A stretch of 64,000 nt of DNA from Candidatus Latescibacterota bacterium (GTDB lineage Bacteria > Latescibacterota > UBA2968 > UBA8231). Shown here in pieces: positions 1-9,845 of the stretch (its first letter is position 1; each line of letters opens with the position of its first letter). A model generated the notes under the pieces. That model did no database searches. It saw only the letters and a list, made by a program, of their open reading frames with translations, and was not told the origin of the DNA. Location of the stretch: assembly GCA_965204725.1 (NCBI GenBank), contig OZ242005.1, forward strand, positions 544,001 through 608,000, given 5' to 3'. A program made the translations under genes and the position numbers.

Positions 1-1
1 T

Positions 2-1204
2 TCGGCGCTGGCCCCTTCGGGCGAAGCGGTCTGGCGCGATATGGCCGTGCGCTCGGCGCGGGCGCTGATGGCACTGGAGGCCGCCGGCATTTGCTCGCAA
101 GCGTTGGTCACCGATCAGGCACTGCACAATGCCATGGTGGTCCACGCGGCCTTTGGCGGTTCGACGAACTTGCTCTTGCACGTGCCGGCTATTGCCCACG
201 CGGCCGGGCGGAAGCGGCCGGAGGTGGGGGATTGGGACCGGATTAACCGCGAGGTGCCGCGCTTGGTCGATGTGCTGCCCAACGGCCCCGAGTTCCACGT
301 TACGGTGCGCGCCTTTTTGGCCGGTGGAGTGCCGGAGGTCATGTTGCACCTGCGCCGCTTGGGGCTTTTGGCGGAAGGGGTGATGACGGTTACCGGCCGG
401 ACGCTGGGCGAAAACCTCGACTGGTGGGAGAGTGCGCCGCGCCGTCGCCGCTTCCGCGCCGCGCTGCAAACGCTAGACGGCGTGGACCCGGACGCCGTGA
501 TTATGGACGCCGATCGCGCCCGCGCCAAGGGCCTGACCAGCACTATATGCTTCCCGGTGGGCAACATCTCGCCCGAGGGCGCGGTCGTCAAAAGCACGGC
601 CATCGCCGCTTCGCTGCTGGACGCGCAAGGGGTCTATCGGCACACGGGGCCGGCCAAGGTTTTTACCACTGAACGCGACACCATTGCCGCGATCAAGGCC
701 GGCAAAATTGACCCGGGCGACGTGTTGGTGATGATCAGCTGCGGGCCGCTGGGCACGGGTATGGAGGAAGTCGCGCAGGTTACGATCGCGCTCAAATACA
801 CGGATATTGGCAAGCACGTGGCCCTGCTTACGGACGCACGCTTCTCGGGCTTTTCCTCCGGGCCTTGCATCGGGCACATCGGCCCGGAGGCCCTAGCCGG
901 TGGGCCGATCGGCAAGCTGCGGGACGGCGACTTGATCGCCATTGAGATCGATTGCCACAACCTGCGTGGACGCATTGACTTGGTCGGCTGCGCGGGCGAG
1001 GAATTCGGCGCGGCCGAAGGCCAGCGCGTGCTCGCCGAGCGCACCGTGCGCCCAGACCTCGCGCCCGAAGCGGACCTGCCCGACGACACTCGGCTGTGGG
1101 CGGCGTTGCAAAACGTCGGCGGCGGCACTTGGGGCGGTTGCGTCTATGACGTGGAAGCGGTTGTCGCCACCCTCGAAGCTGGCCGCGAAGCACACAAGGA
1201 ATGA
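2..1204 (+). CDS. YjhG/YagF-family D-xylonate dehydratase (IlvD/Edd family), 5' end outside the window
   Basis: The frame is open from base 2 (SALAPSGEAVWRDM...). Motifs HAAFGGSTNLLLH, LLTDARFSG and GHIGPEA, and the C-terminal LWAALQ..GGTWGGCVYD typical of YjhG/YagF. Confidence 0.88.
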   Translation, partial: SALAPSGEAVWRDMAVRSARALMALEAAGICSQALVTDQALHNAMVVHAAFGGSTNLLLHVPAIAHAAGRKRPEVGDWDRINREVPRLVDVLPNGPEFHVTVRAFLAGGVPEVMLHLRRLGLLAEGVMTVTGRTLGENLDWWESAPRRRRFRAALQTLDGVDPDAVIMDADRARAKGLTSTICFPVGNISPEGAVVKSTAIAASLLDAQGVYRHTGPAKVFTTERDTIAAIKAGKIDPGDVLVMISCGPLGTGMEEVAQVTIALKYTDIGKHVALLTDARFSGFSSGPCIGHIGPEALAGGPIGKLRDGDLIAIEIDCHNLRGRIDLVGCAGEEFGAAEGQRVLAERTVRPDLAPEADLPDDTRLWAALQNVGGGTWGGCVYDVEAVVATLEAGREAHKE

Positions 1205-1815
1205 GCGGCAAGCAGATCGTCGTCGGCATCACCGGAGCCAGTGGGGCGCTCTATGCCGGCCGCCTGCTGCGCGCCCTGCTGACCGGCGGACACCAAGTAC
1301 ACCTAGTCTTGTCCAAATACGGGCGCTACCTGCTCGTCGAAGAGCTGGGCTTCCGCCCCGACAAGGAGAGCTTGGGCGCATTTATAACGCGCTGCTATGG
1401 AGAGGAGACCCAAGCCGGCGCCCTGCGTGAGTACAACGCCGGCGATCTATCGGCCCCCATCGCCAGCGGTTCGGTGCCGGTGGATGGGATGGTGGTGGTG
1501 CCTTGTTCGGTCAAGACGCTGTCGAGCATTGCCCGGGGGGCGTCTGCGAGCCTGATCGAGCGCGCGGCCGATGTCAGCCTCAAGGAGCGGCGGCCGCTGG
1601 TGCTGGTGGTGCGCGAGACCCCGCTCAACCTGATTCAGTTGCGGAATATGACGGCCGCGGCCGAGGCGGGCGCCGTCATTCTGCCAGCCATGCCGGCCTT
1701 TTACCAAAAGCCGCAGACCTTGGACGATTTGGGCGATTTTATCGCCGGCCGCATCTGCAACATGCTGCGGATTGAACACCAGCTCTTCCCACCTTGGCCG
1801 GGACCGGCGCGATAA
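1201..1815 (+). CDS. ubiX: Flavin prenyltransferase UbiX
   Basis: VGITGASG, ASGS, PCSVKTL, RAADV.LKERR.LVLV.RETP and P.MP.FY motifs; ATGA overlap with the upstream gene. Confidence 0.93.
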   Translation: MSGKQIVVGITGASGALYAGRLLRALLTGGHQVHLVLSKYGRYLLVEELGFRPDKESLGAFITRCYGEETQAGALREYNAGDLSAPIASGSVPVDGMVVVPCSVKTLSSIARGASASLIERAADVSLKERRPLVLVVRETPLNLIQLRNMTAAAEAGAVILPAMPAFYQKPQTLDDLGDFIAGRICNMLRIEHQLFPPWPGPAR

Positions 1816-1817
1816 CC

Positions 1818-3296
1818 CTACACCAGCCGCTCCAAGTGGGCGCGGAACAATGCACGCGGCAGCATGCCTTCGAGCCGGCGGCCTTGGTCGCGTGCGATGG
1901 CGCGGCAGGCCGTCCACGGCCCAAAGCGGCAGAAAACTTCGCCTTTGAGGCCCGTAGGCGGGTCGCAGTGGATGGGATGCCCCTTGAATAGGTCTTGTAG
2001 TTGGGGCCAGCTCAACTCGACGCTCGGCCCCTGCATGAGATGCCCCCACAGGGCGACGGTTTGCTGGGACAGGTAGTAGTACCCTTTGTGGTGGCGGGCC
2101 GCCCTCATACCGCTGCGGACGAAGTACGGCAGATGCTCTTGCAGGGCCGGGCCGAGGGCCGGTTGTCGGCACAAGTGGCGATTGCCGAGGGTGAATATCT
2201 GGTCCGAGGGGCAGGGCAGGGTGCCGCTCCACCGGCTCTCAATAGCGCGGCGGGCCGCGGCGGCCGCTAAATCGGTCGGCGCAGCGTCCCAAGCGGGGGC
2301 GTCAGCAGGGCTTGGCGTCGGGGCGCGTTTGGATAGGCAAGCGACAAAAGCGCCTTCGGTGTCGTGGCGATGGGGCCAGATGCGGACGCAGCGGGCGAAC
2401 TCGGGCGGGAACTGGGTGGACAGTGCGGCGGGCAAGGGCCGCTCCGCGACCGCGGGGATTGGGAGGATGGCGACCTCGTGGCCGTGGCGGCGCAAAACCC
2501 CCAAGAGCACCTCTTCGTTTTCCTCCAGCGATAGGGAGCAGGTCGAGTACACGAGCGTGCCGCCGGGGCGGAGCATTGCATAAGCGGCGCGCAGCAGCCC
2601 GATCTGTTGCTGCGCGTGGCGCTGGGCGTCTTGCGGCGACCAGTAGGCGAGCATGGTCTGGTCTTTGCGCACGATGCCGTCGCCCGAGCACGGAGCATCG
2701 ACGAGGACGCGGTCGAAAAAGTTGGGGAAGTACCGGGTCAGCAGGGTGCCTGGGGCTTGGGTTAAGACGTGATTGGCCACCCCACAGCGCTCCAAATTGC
2801 CCACGAGGGCGGGTACGCGCTTGCGCTGCATTTCGTTGACCAGCAGCAGGCCGCTGTTTTGCATGTGCGCGGCAATCTGGGTGGCCTTGCCGCCCGGGGC
2901 GGCGCACAGGTCGAGGACGCGCTCCCCAGGCTGGGGGGCCAAGACCTCAACGGCCAGCATGGGGGCCTTGGCTTGGACGTAATACGCCCCCATCGCGTGT
3001 TCAATGGTCTGGCCGAGGCGGGCGTCGCGCTCCGGTAAGGCAAAGCCGTCGCTGCACCACGGCACGCTTTGGCCGCGCTGGTGCAAGTGGGGCCGCAGGG
3101 GCCGCGCTTGGGCTTGGAGCGGGTTTAAGCGCAGCGAAGCGGGCGGGGGCGTCTGCGCGCATTGATAAAAGGCCGCCCGCTCTTTGTCGTTGGGCAACAG
3201 GCGGCCAATGTACTGGAGCAGGGCCTGTAATTTGTCCGGGTCGGGTGCTTTGCGCCCCGGTGGGGTTCTCTGTTTATTCATCGGGCTATTGCTCAA
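1818..3296 (-). CDS. RsmB/NOP-family RNA m5C methyltransferase (RsmF-like)
   Basis: VLDLCAAPGGKATQ, DRVLVDAPCSGDG, LVYSTCS..EENE motifs. Confidence 0.88.
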   Translation of the reverse strand: MSNSPMNKQRTPPGRKAPDPDKLQALLQYIGRLLPNDKERAAFYQCAQTPPPASLRLNPLQAQARPLRPHLHQRGQSVPWCSDGFALPERDARLGQTIEHAMGAYYVQAKAPMLAVEVLAPQPGERVLDLCAAPGGKATQIAAHMQNSGLLLVNEMQRKRVPALVGNLERCGVANHVLTQAPGTLLTRYFPNFFDRVLVDAPCSGDGIVRKDQTMLAYWSPQDAQRHAQQQIGLLRAAYAMLRPGGTLVYSTCSLSLEENEEVLLGVLRRHGHEVAILPIPAVAERPLPAALSTQFPPEFARCVRIWPHRHDTEGAFVACLSKRAPTPSPADAPAWDAAPTDLAAAAARRAIESRWSGTLPCPSDQIFTLGNRHLCRQPALGPALQEHLPYFVRSGMRAARHHKGYYYLSQQTVALWGHLMQGPSVELSWPQLQDLFKGHPIHCDPPTGLKGEVFCRFGPWTACRAIARDQGRRLEGMLPRALFRAHLERLV

Positions 3297-3324
3297 ATAT
3301 AACCTATACTATACAGCAAGGGAT

Positions 3325-3999
3325 ATGGACGTCGCACACTGCTTCATCGTCAGCGATCTGCACCTCGGATCGGCTTACTTTTACCATCGCAACTTCTCGT
3401 CTTGGCTCGATGCCTTGCCCAAAGGGGTGCCGCTCGTGCTCAACGGCGACGTCATAGATGAGCCGGGCCAAGCCCTGCCCGACGCCCATCGAGCCGTGCT
3501 GGAGCGCCTCGTGAGCGAGTCGCAATCCCGGCCGGTAATCTGGGTGTACGGCAATCACGATGCCCAATTCAAGCTGGCCGATCCGGGGCAAATCCGCTTT
3601 GTCGATAGCTGGCGGCTCGACCGGCGGTTGCTCGTGGTTCACGGCCATCGGCTCGACCGCCTGATGCCCCGGCACCCGGTGTTTAAGTGGGCCTTCCGCC
3701 GCTTGCACTATTGCCGCATCCGGCTCGGCGGGCGCGATGCCCACGTGGCCGAGTACGCCAAGAAATGGCCTTTGCTCTACCGGATACTCAATAAGCACGT
3801 GGCCCGCAACGCCCTGCGCGTGGCGCGGCAGGAGGGCGTTGAAGCCATCGTCTGCGGGCACACGCATGCGGCCATGGCGATTGAACGGCAGGGCCGGTGC
3901 TACTTCAACACCGGTGCGTGGACTGAAAAGCCCTTCCACTTTCTCGAGGTGGCCCCGGACTGCATGGCCCTACACAGATATGAGGACAACTGTGGTTAA
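3325..3999 (+). CDS. Calcineurin-like metallophosphoesterase (LpxH/UDP-2,3-diacylglucosamine hydrolase-like)
   Basis: SDLHLG, NGDVID, GNHD, HGH and GHTH metal-binding motifs; ATG at 3325 is in frame with the listed ORF. Confidence 0.75.
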   Translation: MDVAHCFIVSDLHLGSAYFYHRNFSSWLDALPKGVPLVLNGDVIDEPGQALPDAHRAVLERLVSESQSRPVIWVYGNHDAQFKLADPGQIRFVDSWRLDRRLLVVHGHRLDRLMPRHPVFKWAFRRLHYCRIRLGGRDAHVAEYAKKWPLLYRILNKHVARNALRVARQEGVEAIVCGHTHAAMAIERQGRCYFNTGAWTEKPFHFLEVAPDCMALHRYEDNCG

Positions 4000-6187
4000 A
4001 TGGATGCTCTTACTCTTATTGGTGGCCCCGGGGCTGTCGGCTAGTGCCCAAGAAGTGCCCCTCATCTGGCCGCTGCGCCTCGCGCCCGCCTTGTCTTCCA
4101 CCTTTGGCGAATCGCGTTCCCGGGCCTTCCACGCCGGCATAGACCTCAAGACTTGGGGCGAAACCGGCCACCCCGTACAGGCCCTAGCCGACGGCTACAT
4201 CTGGCGAGTGCGGACCTCGCCGTGGGGCTATGGCCGGGCCTTGTACCAGAAATTGGCCGATGGCCGCACGGTGGTATATGCCCATCTAGAGCGCTTTGCC
4301 GCGCCCGTGGCCGAGCGCGTGGCGCAAGCGCAAAAGCAGCGCGGACGCTACAGCGTGGATTTGCATTTTGAGGCCGGGGAGATTCCAGTGCTCAGCGGCG
4401 CGGTTATCGCGTGGAGCGGCGAGAGCGGGGCCGGCCCGCCCCATTTGCACCTAGAGCTGCGCGACGCCGACAACGTGGCGCTCAATCTCCTCTTGCACGG
4501 GTTCGCCATCGCCGATACGATTGCGCCGACTTTGCAACGGGTGGCCATCACGCCGCATGGCCGCCAAGCCCAAGTTGAGGGAGGGCACGATCCCTATGTG
4601 CTGCGCCTGGGCTGGCAGCCGGACCGAGGGGAATTCGCGGGCGAGCGGACCGTGCAGGTGCGCTCCCCAGTGAGCATCAGCGCGTTGATGTACGATCGCG
4701 CGGACGCGGCCCCCAACGAGCTGGCCCCCTATCGCACGGCTCTGCACATAGACGGCGATCTGGTTTTTGCGGCGCGCTACGAGCGCGTCGGGTACGGCGA
4801 CATGCACCAGATCTATTTAGACCGGCCGCTGGCTGCTTTTAAGGGCGGGGTGAGTCGCTTTTACAATTTGTGCCGCCGGCCGGGCAATCGCCTCGAATTC
4901 TACGAGGGGCCGGGCGATGGAATGCTGAACTTGGCCAAGGGGCTACACGAAGCCGTCGTCGTCGTCGCGGATGTCAACGGCAACGAGAGCCGGGCGCGTT
5001 TTGGGTTGATGGTTGATGAACCGCCGGCCTTGGCCGGAGCGCAGATCGTGGCGGAAGCGGACGGAATTTTTATCGAGGCGCGGCTAACCGATGAGGACGA
5101 TCCGCTCGTGGAAGTAGAATTAGCCAGCTCGCGCGATGGCGAGACGTGGCGGCGCGTAGATCGGCGGCAGAGCCGCGCCGGCCCGCTCAAGTGGCGGATT
5201 CACCGCAACGCCTCCTACTGGCGGATTCGGGCGCGGGACCCGGCCGGCGTCGCCGCCTTTGCCGTGTGTCGCCTGCCCGACGACGAGGCGGCCGCGCCGA
5301 GCTTTTCCTTGGAACGCCGTCCCCACCCAGACTTCGTAGAACTCGTCATGCGCTACGCCCAAGTGCCTAGTGCTGCGCCCTTGATCCGCGCCGGCACCGC
5401 CAATATCAGCCCCCGCCAGACCGGCTTGCGCGAGTTCCGGGCCGTGGTGCCGCTCGATCCGCACGACCCGGCCGCCGGGCCGGTTTTGCTGCGTACGCCC
5501 GAGGCCGCCGTGCAAAAGGTCGCCCTCGATCGGCAGGTCGTGCAGCCGGGCACTGCGGCCGAGCTGACCTATGCCAACGGCCAAGTCGAATTGGGTTTTG
5601 CCGCGGCCAGCGCGTACGCGCCGTTTTTCCCCCAAGTTGTGGCCTTTGAGCCGCAAGTGCCCGCTGCTTTAATCGCAGCCGGATCGGCTTTTGCCTTGGG
5701 GCCTGAGGTCAGCTTCGACCACAAAGTCGAGCTGCGCTTGCGCTACAACCGAGGAGTGCTGGCGCCGGAGAAACTGGGCATCTACCGCGAGGTCGCCCCT
5801 GAAAAGTGGACGCTCGTCAGCGACGAATGGGACGCTAAGTCGCGGCAGGTTGTGGCGCGGGTGCGCCGCTTGGGCCGCTACGCGCTGTTGGCCGACCTTG
5901 AAGCACCTAAAATTGGCGGTTTGCAGCCCGCCGAGGGGGCGGTCGTTGGCCCGCGCCCGGAAATTCGCGGCGCGGTGCGCGACCTAGGCTCGGGCATTGG
6001 GCGGGAAGAAGATATTGAGTTCGAGCTCGACGGCCGCCCGCTGATCGCCGAATACGATCCAGAAGCCGGGCGCGTGTATGGGCATTTGGCGGAAAACTTG
6101 TCGCCGGGCGCGCACCGCTTGGTCCTGCGGGTGCGGGATATGAGCGGCAACCAAGCCGAGATTCGCTCGGAATTTACCGTGCGCTAG
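3980..6187 (+). CDS. Secreted M23-family metallopeptidase with large C-terminal Ig-like region
   Basis: Signal peptide MRTTVVKWMLLLLLVAPG; FHAGIDLKT (HxxxD), YAHL and GPPHLHLE (HxH) motifs. Confidence 0.82.
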   Translation: MRTTVVKWMLLLLLVAPGLSASAQEVPLIWPLRLAPALSSTFGESRSRAFHAGIDLKTWGETGHPVQALADGYIWRVRTSPWGYGRALYQKLADGRTVVYAHLERFAAPVAERVAQAQKQRGRYSVDLHFEAGEIPVLSGAVIAWSGESGAGPPHLHLELRDADNVALNLLLHGFAIADTIAPTLQRVAITPHGRQAQVEGGHDPYVLRLGWQPDRGEFAGERTVQVRSPVSISALMYDRADAAPNELAPYRTALHIDGDLVFAARYERVGYGDMHQIYLDRPLAAFKGGVSRFYNLCRRPGNRLEFYEGPGDGMLNLAKGLHEAVVVVADVNGNESRARFGLMVDEPPALAGAQIVAEADGIFIEARLTDEDDPLVEVELASSRDGETWRRVDRRQSRAGPLKWRIHRNASYWRIRARDPAGVAAFAVCRLPDDEAAAPSFSLERRPHPDFVELVMRYAQVPSAAPLIRAGTANISPRQTGLREFRAVVPLDPHDPAAGPVLLRTPEAAVQKVALDRQVVQPGTAAELTYANGQVELGFAAASAYAPFFPQVVAFEPQVPAALIAAGSAFALGPEVSFDHKVELRLRYNRGVLAPEKLGIYREVAPEKWTLVSDEWDAKSRQVVARVRRLGRYALLADLEAPKIGGLQPAEGAVVGPRPEIRGAVRDLGSGIGREEDIEFELDGRPLIAEYDPEAGRVYGHLAENLSPGAHRLVLRVRDMSGNQAEIRSEFTVR

Positions 6188-7194
6188 CGCAGCGGCACCG
6201 GGGCACCGGCTTGGCGCAGCGACGCTTGGGCAGCCTCCAAGACGCGCACGACGCGCAGCCCGTCGCGACCGTCGCTGCGAGGCACTTGGCCGGTGCGTAC
6301 GCACTCGGCGAAGTGCTGGCATTCGAGCTTGAGCGGCTCGGCCATTTGCAGCCGCGGAATGACGACATCGCCAAAGCGCAGCGCGATGGAATCGCCATAG
6401 GAGTCGTATTGGGGCCGCTCGGCCGATTTGTCGTAGATGCGCACCTTTTCCGTGCTCTCCACATCGTCAAACACCGCCATCTTGCGGCTGCCGACCACCG
6501 TGAGGCGACGGATGCGGTGCGGGTCGAGCCAAGAGAGTTGCATCTGCGCCATCTTGCCATCGGCAAAGTGCAAATTGGCAAAGACCACGTCTTCGATGTC
6601 GGATTGCAGATAGCACTCGCCGCGGGCACTGACGGCGTCTGGCTCTTGGCCGAGCAGGTACAGGATGACCGCTATGTCGTGGGGCGCCAAGCTCCACAGG
6701 GCGTTTTCGTCGCTGCGAACAATGCCCAAGTTGACGCGCTGGGAGTACAAATAGTACAAGTCGCCCAGCGCACCTTCCCTTATCAAACCATGCAGCATTT
6801 GCACGGCCGGGTGGTACTTTAGCAAGTGCCCGACCATCAGCACCCGATCCCGCTCGGCGGCTAATTCGACCAAGTGGGCCGCGGTGGTGGCGTTGAGGGT
6901 CATGGGCTTTTCGACGTACACGTGCTTGCCGTGCGCTAGGGCGCGGCGGGCCAATTCGTAGTGGTCGGCGGCCGGCACCGCCAATACCACGGCGTCGAGC
7001 GCGTCGTCGCCGAGCACCTCGTCGTACCGGGCGGTGACCGGGACTTCTGGGTACTGATGCTGGATGGCGCTGCGGATTTTTGAACTGGCGTCGCAGACTT
7101 GGCGCAGGTGTACGTCGGGCAACTCGCGAAAGACGCGCACTAGGTTTTTGCCCCAATACCCAGCGCCGACGCAGGCGATTTGGACGCGGCTCAT
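6184..7194 (-). CDS. Gfo/Idh/MocA-family oxidoreductase
   Basis: GAGYWG Rossmann motif, KHVYVEKP, SLAPHD. Confidence 0.9.
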   Translation of the reverse strand: MSRVQIACVGAGYWGKNLVRVFRELPDVHLRQVCDASSKIRSAIQHQYPEVPVTARYDEVLGDDALDAVVLAVPAADHYELARRALAHGKHVYVEKPMTLNATTAAHLVELAAERDRVLMVGHLLKYHPAVQMLHGLIREGALGDLYYLYSQRVNLGIVRSDENALWSLAPHDIAVILYLLGQEPDAVSARGECYLQSDIEDVVFANLHFADGKMAQMQLSWLDPHRIRRLTVVGSRKMAVFDDVESTEKVRIYDKSAERPQYDSYGDSIALRFGDVVIPRLQMAEPLKLECQHFAECVRTGQVPRSDGRDGLRVVRVLEAAQASLRQAGAPVPLR

Positions 7195-7982
7195 GCGCGC
7201 TGAAAGTACGCGCCGATGGCAGCGGCTAGGCGCGTGAGGGCTTGGCTGCCCTCGGCCTGGGGATGCGCTCGGACGACCGGCTCCCCCGCATCGGCTTGGC
7301 TGCGGACGAGCGGGTCGAGCGGGATTTCGCCCAGATAGGGAATGCCCAAGCGGCCGGCTGTGGTGCGAGCCCCTCCGGCCCCGAAGATGGGGTCGGCATG
7401 GCCGCAGTGGTCGCAGTGGAAATAGCTCATGTTTTCGATCAAGCCGACGATGGGCACCTCGGTCTGGTGGAACATCTCAACGCCGCGGCGCACGTCTTCG
7501 AGGGCAATGGCCGAGGGCGTGGTGACGATCAAGGCGGCCGTCAAGGGGGCCACTTGGGTCAGGGTGATTTGGACGTCCCCAGTCCCGGGCGGTAAGTCGA
7601 TGAGCAGCAAATCGAGCTCGCCCCAAGTGACATTGAAGAGGAACTGGTGAGTCATCTTGGCCAGCATGGGGCCGCGCCACACGACCGGGGTTCCCGGGTC
7701 CATTAGCAAGCCCATGGAAATGGCTTTAAGCCCATGCTCGGACAAAGGCTGGATGCGGCCGTCCTCTGCGGTGGGTCGCCCCGCTAGACCGAGCAAGCCC
7801 GGGATGTTGGGGCCGTAGATGTCGGCGTCGAGTACGCCAACCTGTAGCCCTTGCTGGGCCAAGCTCGCGGCCAAGTTGGCGCAGAGCGTGGACTTGCCGA
7901 CGCCGCCCTTGCCGCTGGCTATGGCCAGTGTATCTTTAATACCGGGAATGGGTTGGCGGTTGTGGGTTTGTGGGGCGTTCAC
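7191..7982 (-). CDS. mrp: Mrp/NBP35 (ApbC) Fe-S cluster carrier ATPase
   Basis: SGKGGVGKST, DADIYGP, WRGPM, DLPPGTGD, ENMS..CDHC motifs; GTG start at 7982 with AGGA upstream. Confidence 0.9.
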   Translation of the reverse strand: MNAPQTHNRQPIPGIKDTLAIASGKGGVGKSTLCANLAASLAQQGLQVGVLDADIYGPNIPGLLGLAGRPTAEDGRIQPLSEHGLKAISMGLLMDPGTPVVWRGPMLAKMTHQFLFNVTWGELDLLLIDLPPGTGDVQITLTQVAPLTAALIVTTPSAIALEDVRRGVEMFHQTEVPIVGLIENMSYFHCDHCGHADPIFGAGGARTTAGRLGIPYLGEIPLDPLVRSQADAGEPVVRAHPQAEGSQALTRLAAAIGAYFQRA

Positions 7983-8064
7983 CGGAGTTCCTGCTGCGTA
8001 GTGGAAATTTGAAGTTAGAGGAAAGCTCTCTGCGCGGCAAGGGGGAGGACAGAGGAGGATAGCC

Positions 8065-8913
8065 ATGTATAGGATCGCGCTTTTAGTGGTCGTTTTGGCC
8101 CCTTTGGGTTGCACGAATGTCAACCAGATGCACGCGCTCTATCGGGAGGGCGACCACTCGCAGTTGGATCGGATCATGGAGATCGTCTCCCGCCAAGACT
8201 ATCCCTATGCCACGCGGCGCAAGGCCGCACGCATTCTCGGGGAGATCGGCGACCCGCGCGCCGTGCCCGTGCTGAAAATGGCACTCCAAGACTACGATCA
8301 GCGGACGACGCTCAAGCAGGACGCGCTCCGCTCGCTCGGGGCGATCGGCGACCAAGGCGCGGCCCCGGATATAGGGAGGCTGCTCGATCGATCGCTCAAT
8401 ACGGCCGACGCCGAGCTGCGGATGGCCGCTGTTGAAGCCCTCGGCCAGATGGGGGGGACCAAGGCGGCCGAAATTTTGGTGAATGCCCTCGGCTACTACG
8501 ACATACTCTCGCTACGCGCTGAGCAGCGAACCCGGCGGGGCGTGTTCACCGGCGAGGAGCGGCCCTTTCCCTATGGACCCTATGGAGCGCTCGCCGCCGA
8601 TTCCACGGACGGCCCGCGGCGCTATCCCAATATAGGGCTCGATCCCTTTGGCGAAGGGGGGCAGCCCCGCGTGAGCATGTTCGGCACGCCCATCGAGCCG
8701 ATGCAGATGGAATACGACCCCACTCCCGAGGAACGCGCCCTAACCCATCAGGCGATTACAGCCGTGGGGACGGACGCCATTCCGGTGATTGAAAACTACC
8801 TAGACAGCCTGCGCGTAAGCCCGACCTTGCGCAAGGAACTGCTGGCCATAATAGGCGAAATCACCGGGCCGCCGCCGCCGATACAAGTCGATTCCACGGC
8901 CGCTGGCCTGTAA
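8065..8913 (+). CDS. HEAT-repeat lipoprotein
   Basis: Lipobox-like APLGC; repeats of R..AA..LG.IGD..AV..L. Confidence 0.7.
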   Translation: MYRIALLVVVLAPLGCTNVNQMHALYREGDHSQLDRIMEIVSRQDYPYATRRKAARILGEIGDPRAVPVLKMALQDYDQRTTLKQDALRSLGAIGDQGAAPDIGRLLDRSLNTADAELRMAAVEALGQMGGTKAAEILVNALGYYDILSLRAEQRTRRGVFTGEERPFPYGPYGALAADSTDGPRRYPNIGLDPFGEGGQPRVSMFGTPIEPMQMEYDPTPEERALTHQAITAVGTDAIPVIENYLDSLRVSPTLRKELLAIIGEITGPPPPIQVDSTAAGL

Positions 8914-8914
8914 G

Positions 8915-8943
8915 TTGACAAGGGTACGCCGAGCGCATATTAT
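8915..8943 (+). promoter_or_regulatory. Sigma70-type promoter
   Basis: TTGACA (8915-8920), 17-bp spacer, TATTAT (8938-8943), upstream of the gene at 9075. Confidence 0.65.
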
Positions 8944-9074
8944 AAAACCGCTCCAACCGAAAAATCACAAAAATAGTCGATAGGTTCCCCCCGTTGAGGG
9001 CGGGGTACGCGGACGCCTCGTGCGCCTGCTACCTCGGCCTGAAGGCCCAGCATAATTCGAGGTTTTCATCCATT

Positions 9075-9845
9075 ATGGAAAGCGATATCGGCCCGATCCT
9101 CGGCGCTTGGAAATACGCCCCAGGCGAGTTGAACGTGCGCAAAATCCGAGGCGGCAACGGCAGTGCAAAGCTCCAGATTCGCATGGATCTGGGCTTGATG
9201 CAGCTGGAGTGGCGGGGCCGTCCCGACGCCCTCCGCCCGCACGGCTATGGGTCGCTGTTGGATTACTACAGCCAAAAACAACGCGATTGGGAAAAGGCGC
9301 ACGGCCCGGGCACCTTTAGCCTCTCGCACGAGGATTGTTCCCAGTTGGCCCAAGAGGCCATGAAATACTACTGGCGGCGGCTCGGTTTTTTTGAACTGAA
9401 GGAATACCAGCGAGCCGAAGAGGACGCCGTCCACAACCTCGCCATCCTCGACTTGTGCTACGAATACGCCGAAGAGGACGAAGATCGCCAGCTAGCCGAA
9501 CAATACCGCGTCTTTGTCACGGCGCATCGAGTGCAAGCACACGCGCTGGCCTGTCTAGAAGCCGAAAACCACGCCGAGGCCCTAGGCGAGATTCGCCGAG
9601 GCATCGCCGAGATCGAGGCGTTCCTCGCCAAAATTGGTCAACTGGACCAGATCAGCGAGTGCCCCGAGTTGCTCTTTTTGCGCGAGTGGGAAGGCGAGGT
9701 AGAAAGCACTCGGCCGCGCACGTTGCGCGAGCAGCTAACGGCTGATTTGCAGGCCGCGATTGAGACGGAGCGATTCGAGGTGGCCGCTTCGCTCCGGGAT
9801 CGCTTGCGTTCGCTCGAGACCGAGCAAGCCGGCAGGTTGCCTTGA
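9075..9845 (+). CDS. Conserved hypothetical protein with C-terminal UVR (UvrB/UvrC) motif
   Basis: C-terminal L..AIETERFEVAASLRDRL UVR motif; N-terminal KLQIRMDLGLMQLE..GRPD block. Confidence 0.7.
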   Translation: MESDIGPILGAWKYAPGELNVRKIRGGNGSAKLQIRMDLGLMQLEWRGRPDALRPHGYGSLLDYYSQKQRDWEKAHGPGTFSLSHEDCSQLAQEAMKYYWRRLGFFELKEYQRAEEDAVHNLAILDLCYEYAEEDEDRQLAEQYRVFVTAHRVQAHALACLEAENHAEALGEIRRGIAEIEAFLAKIGQLDQISECPELLFLREWEGEVESTRPRTLREQLTADLQAAIETERFEVAASLRDRLRSLETEQAGRLP

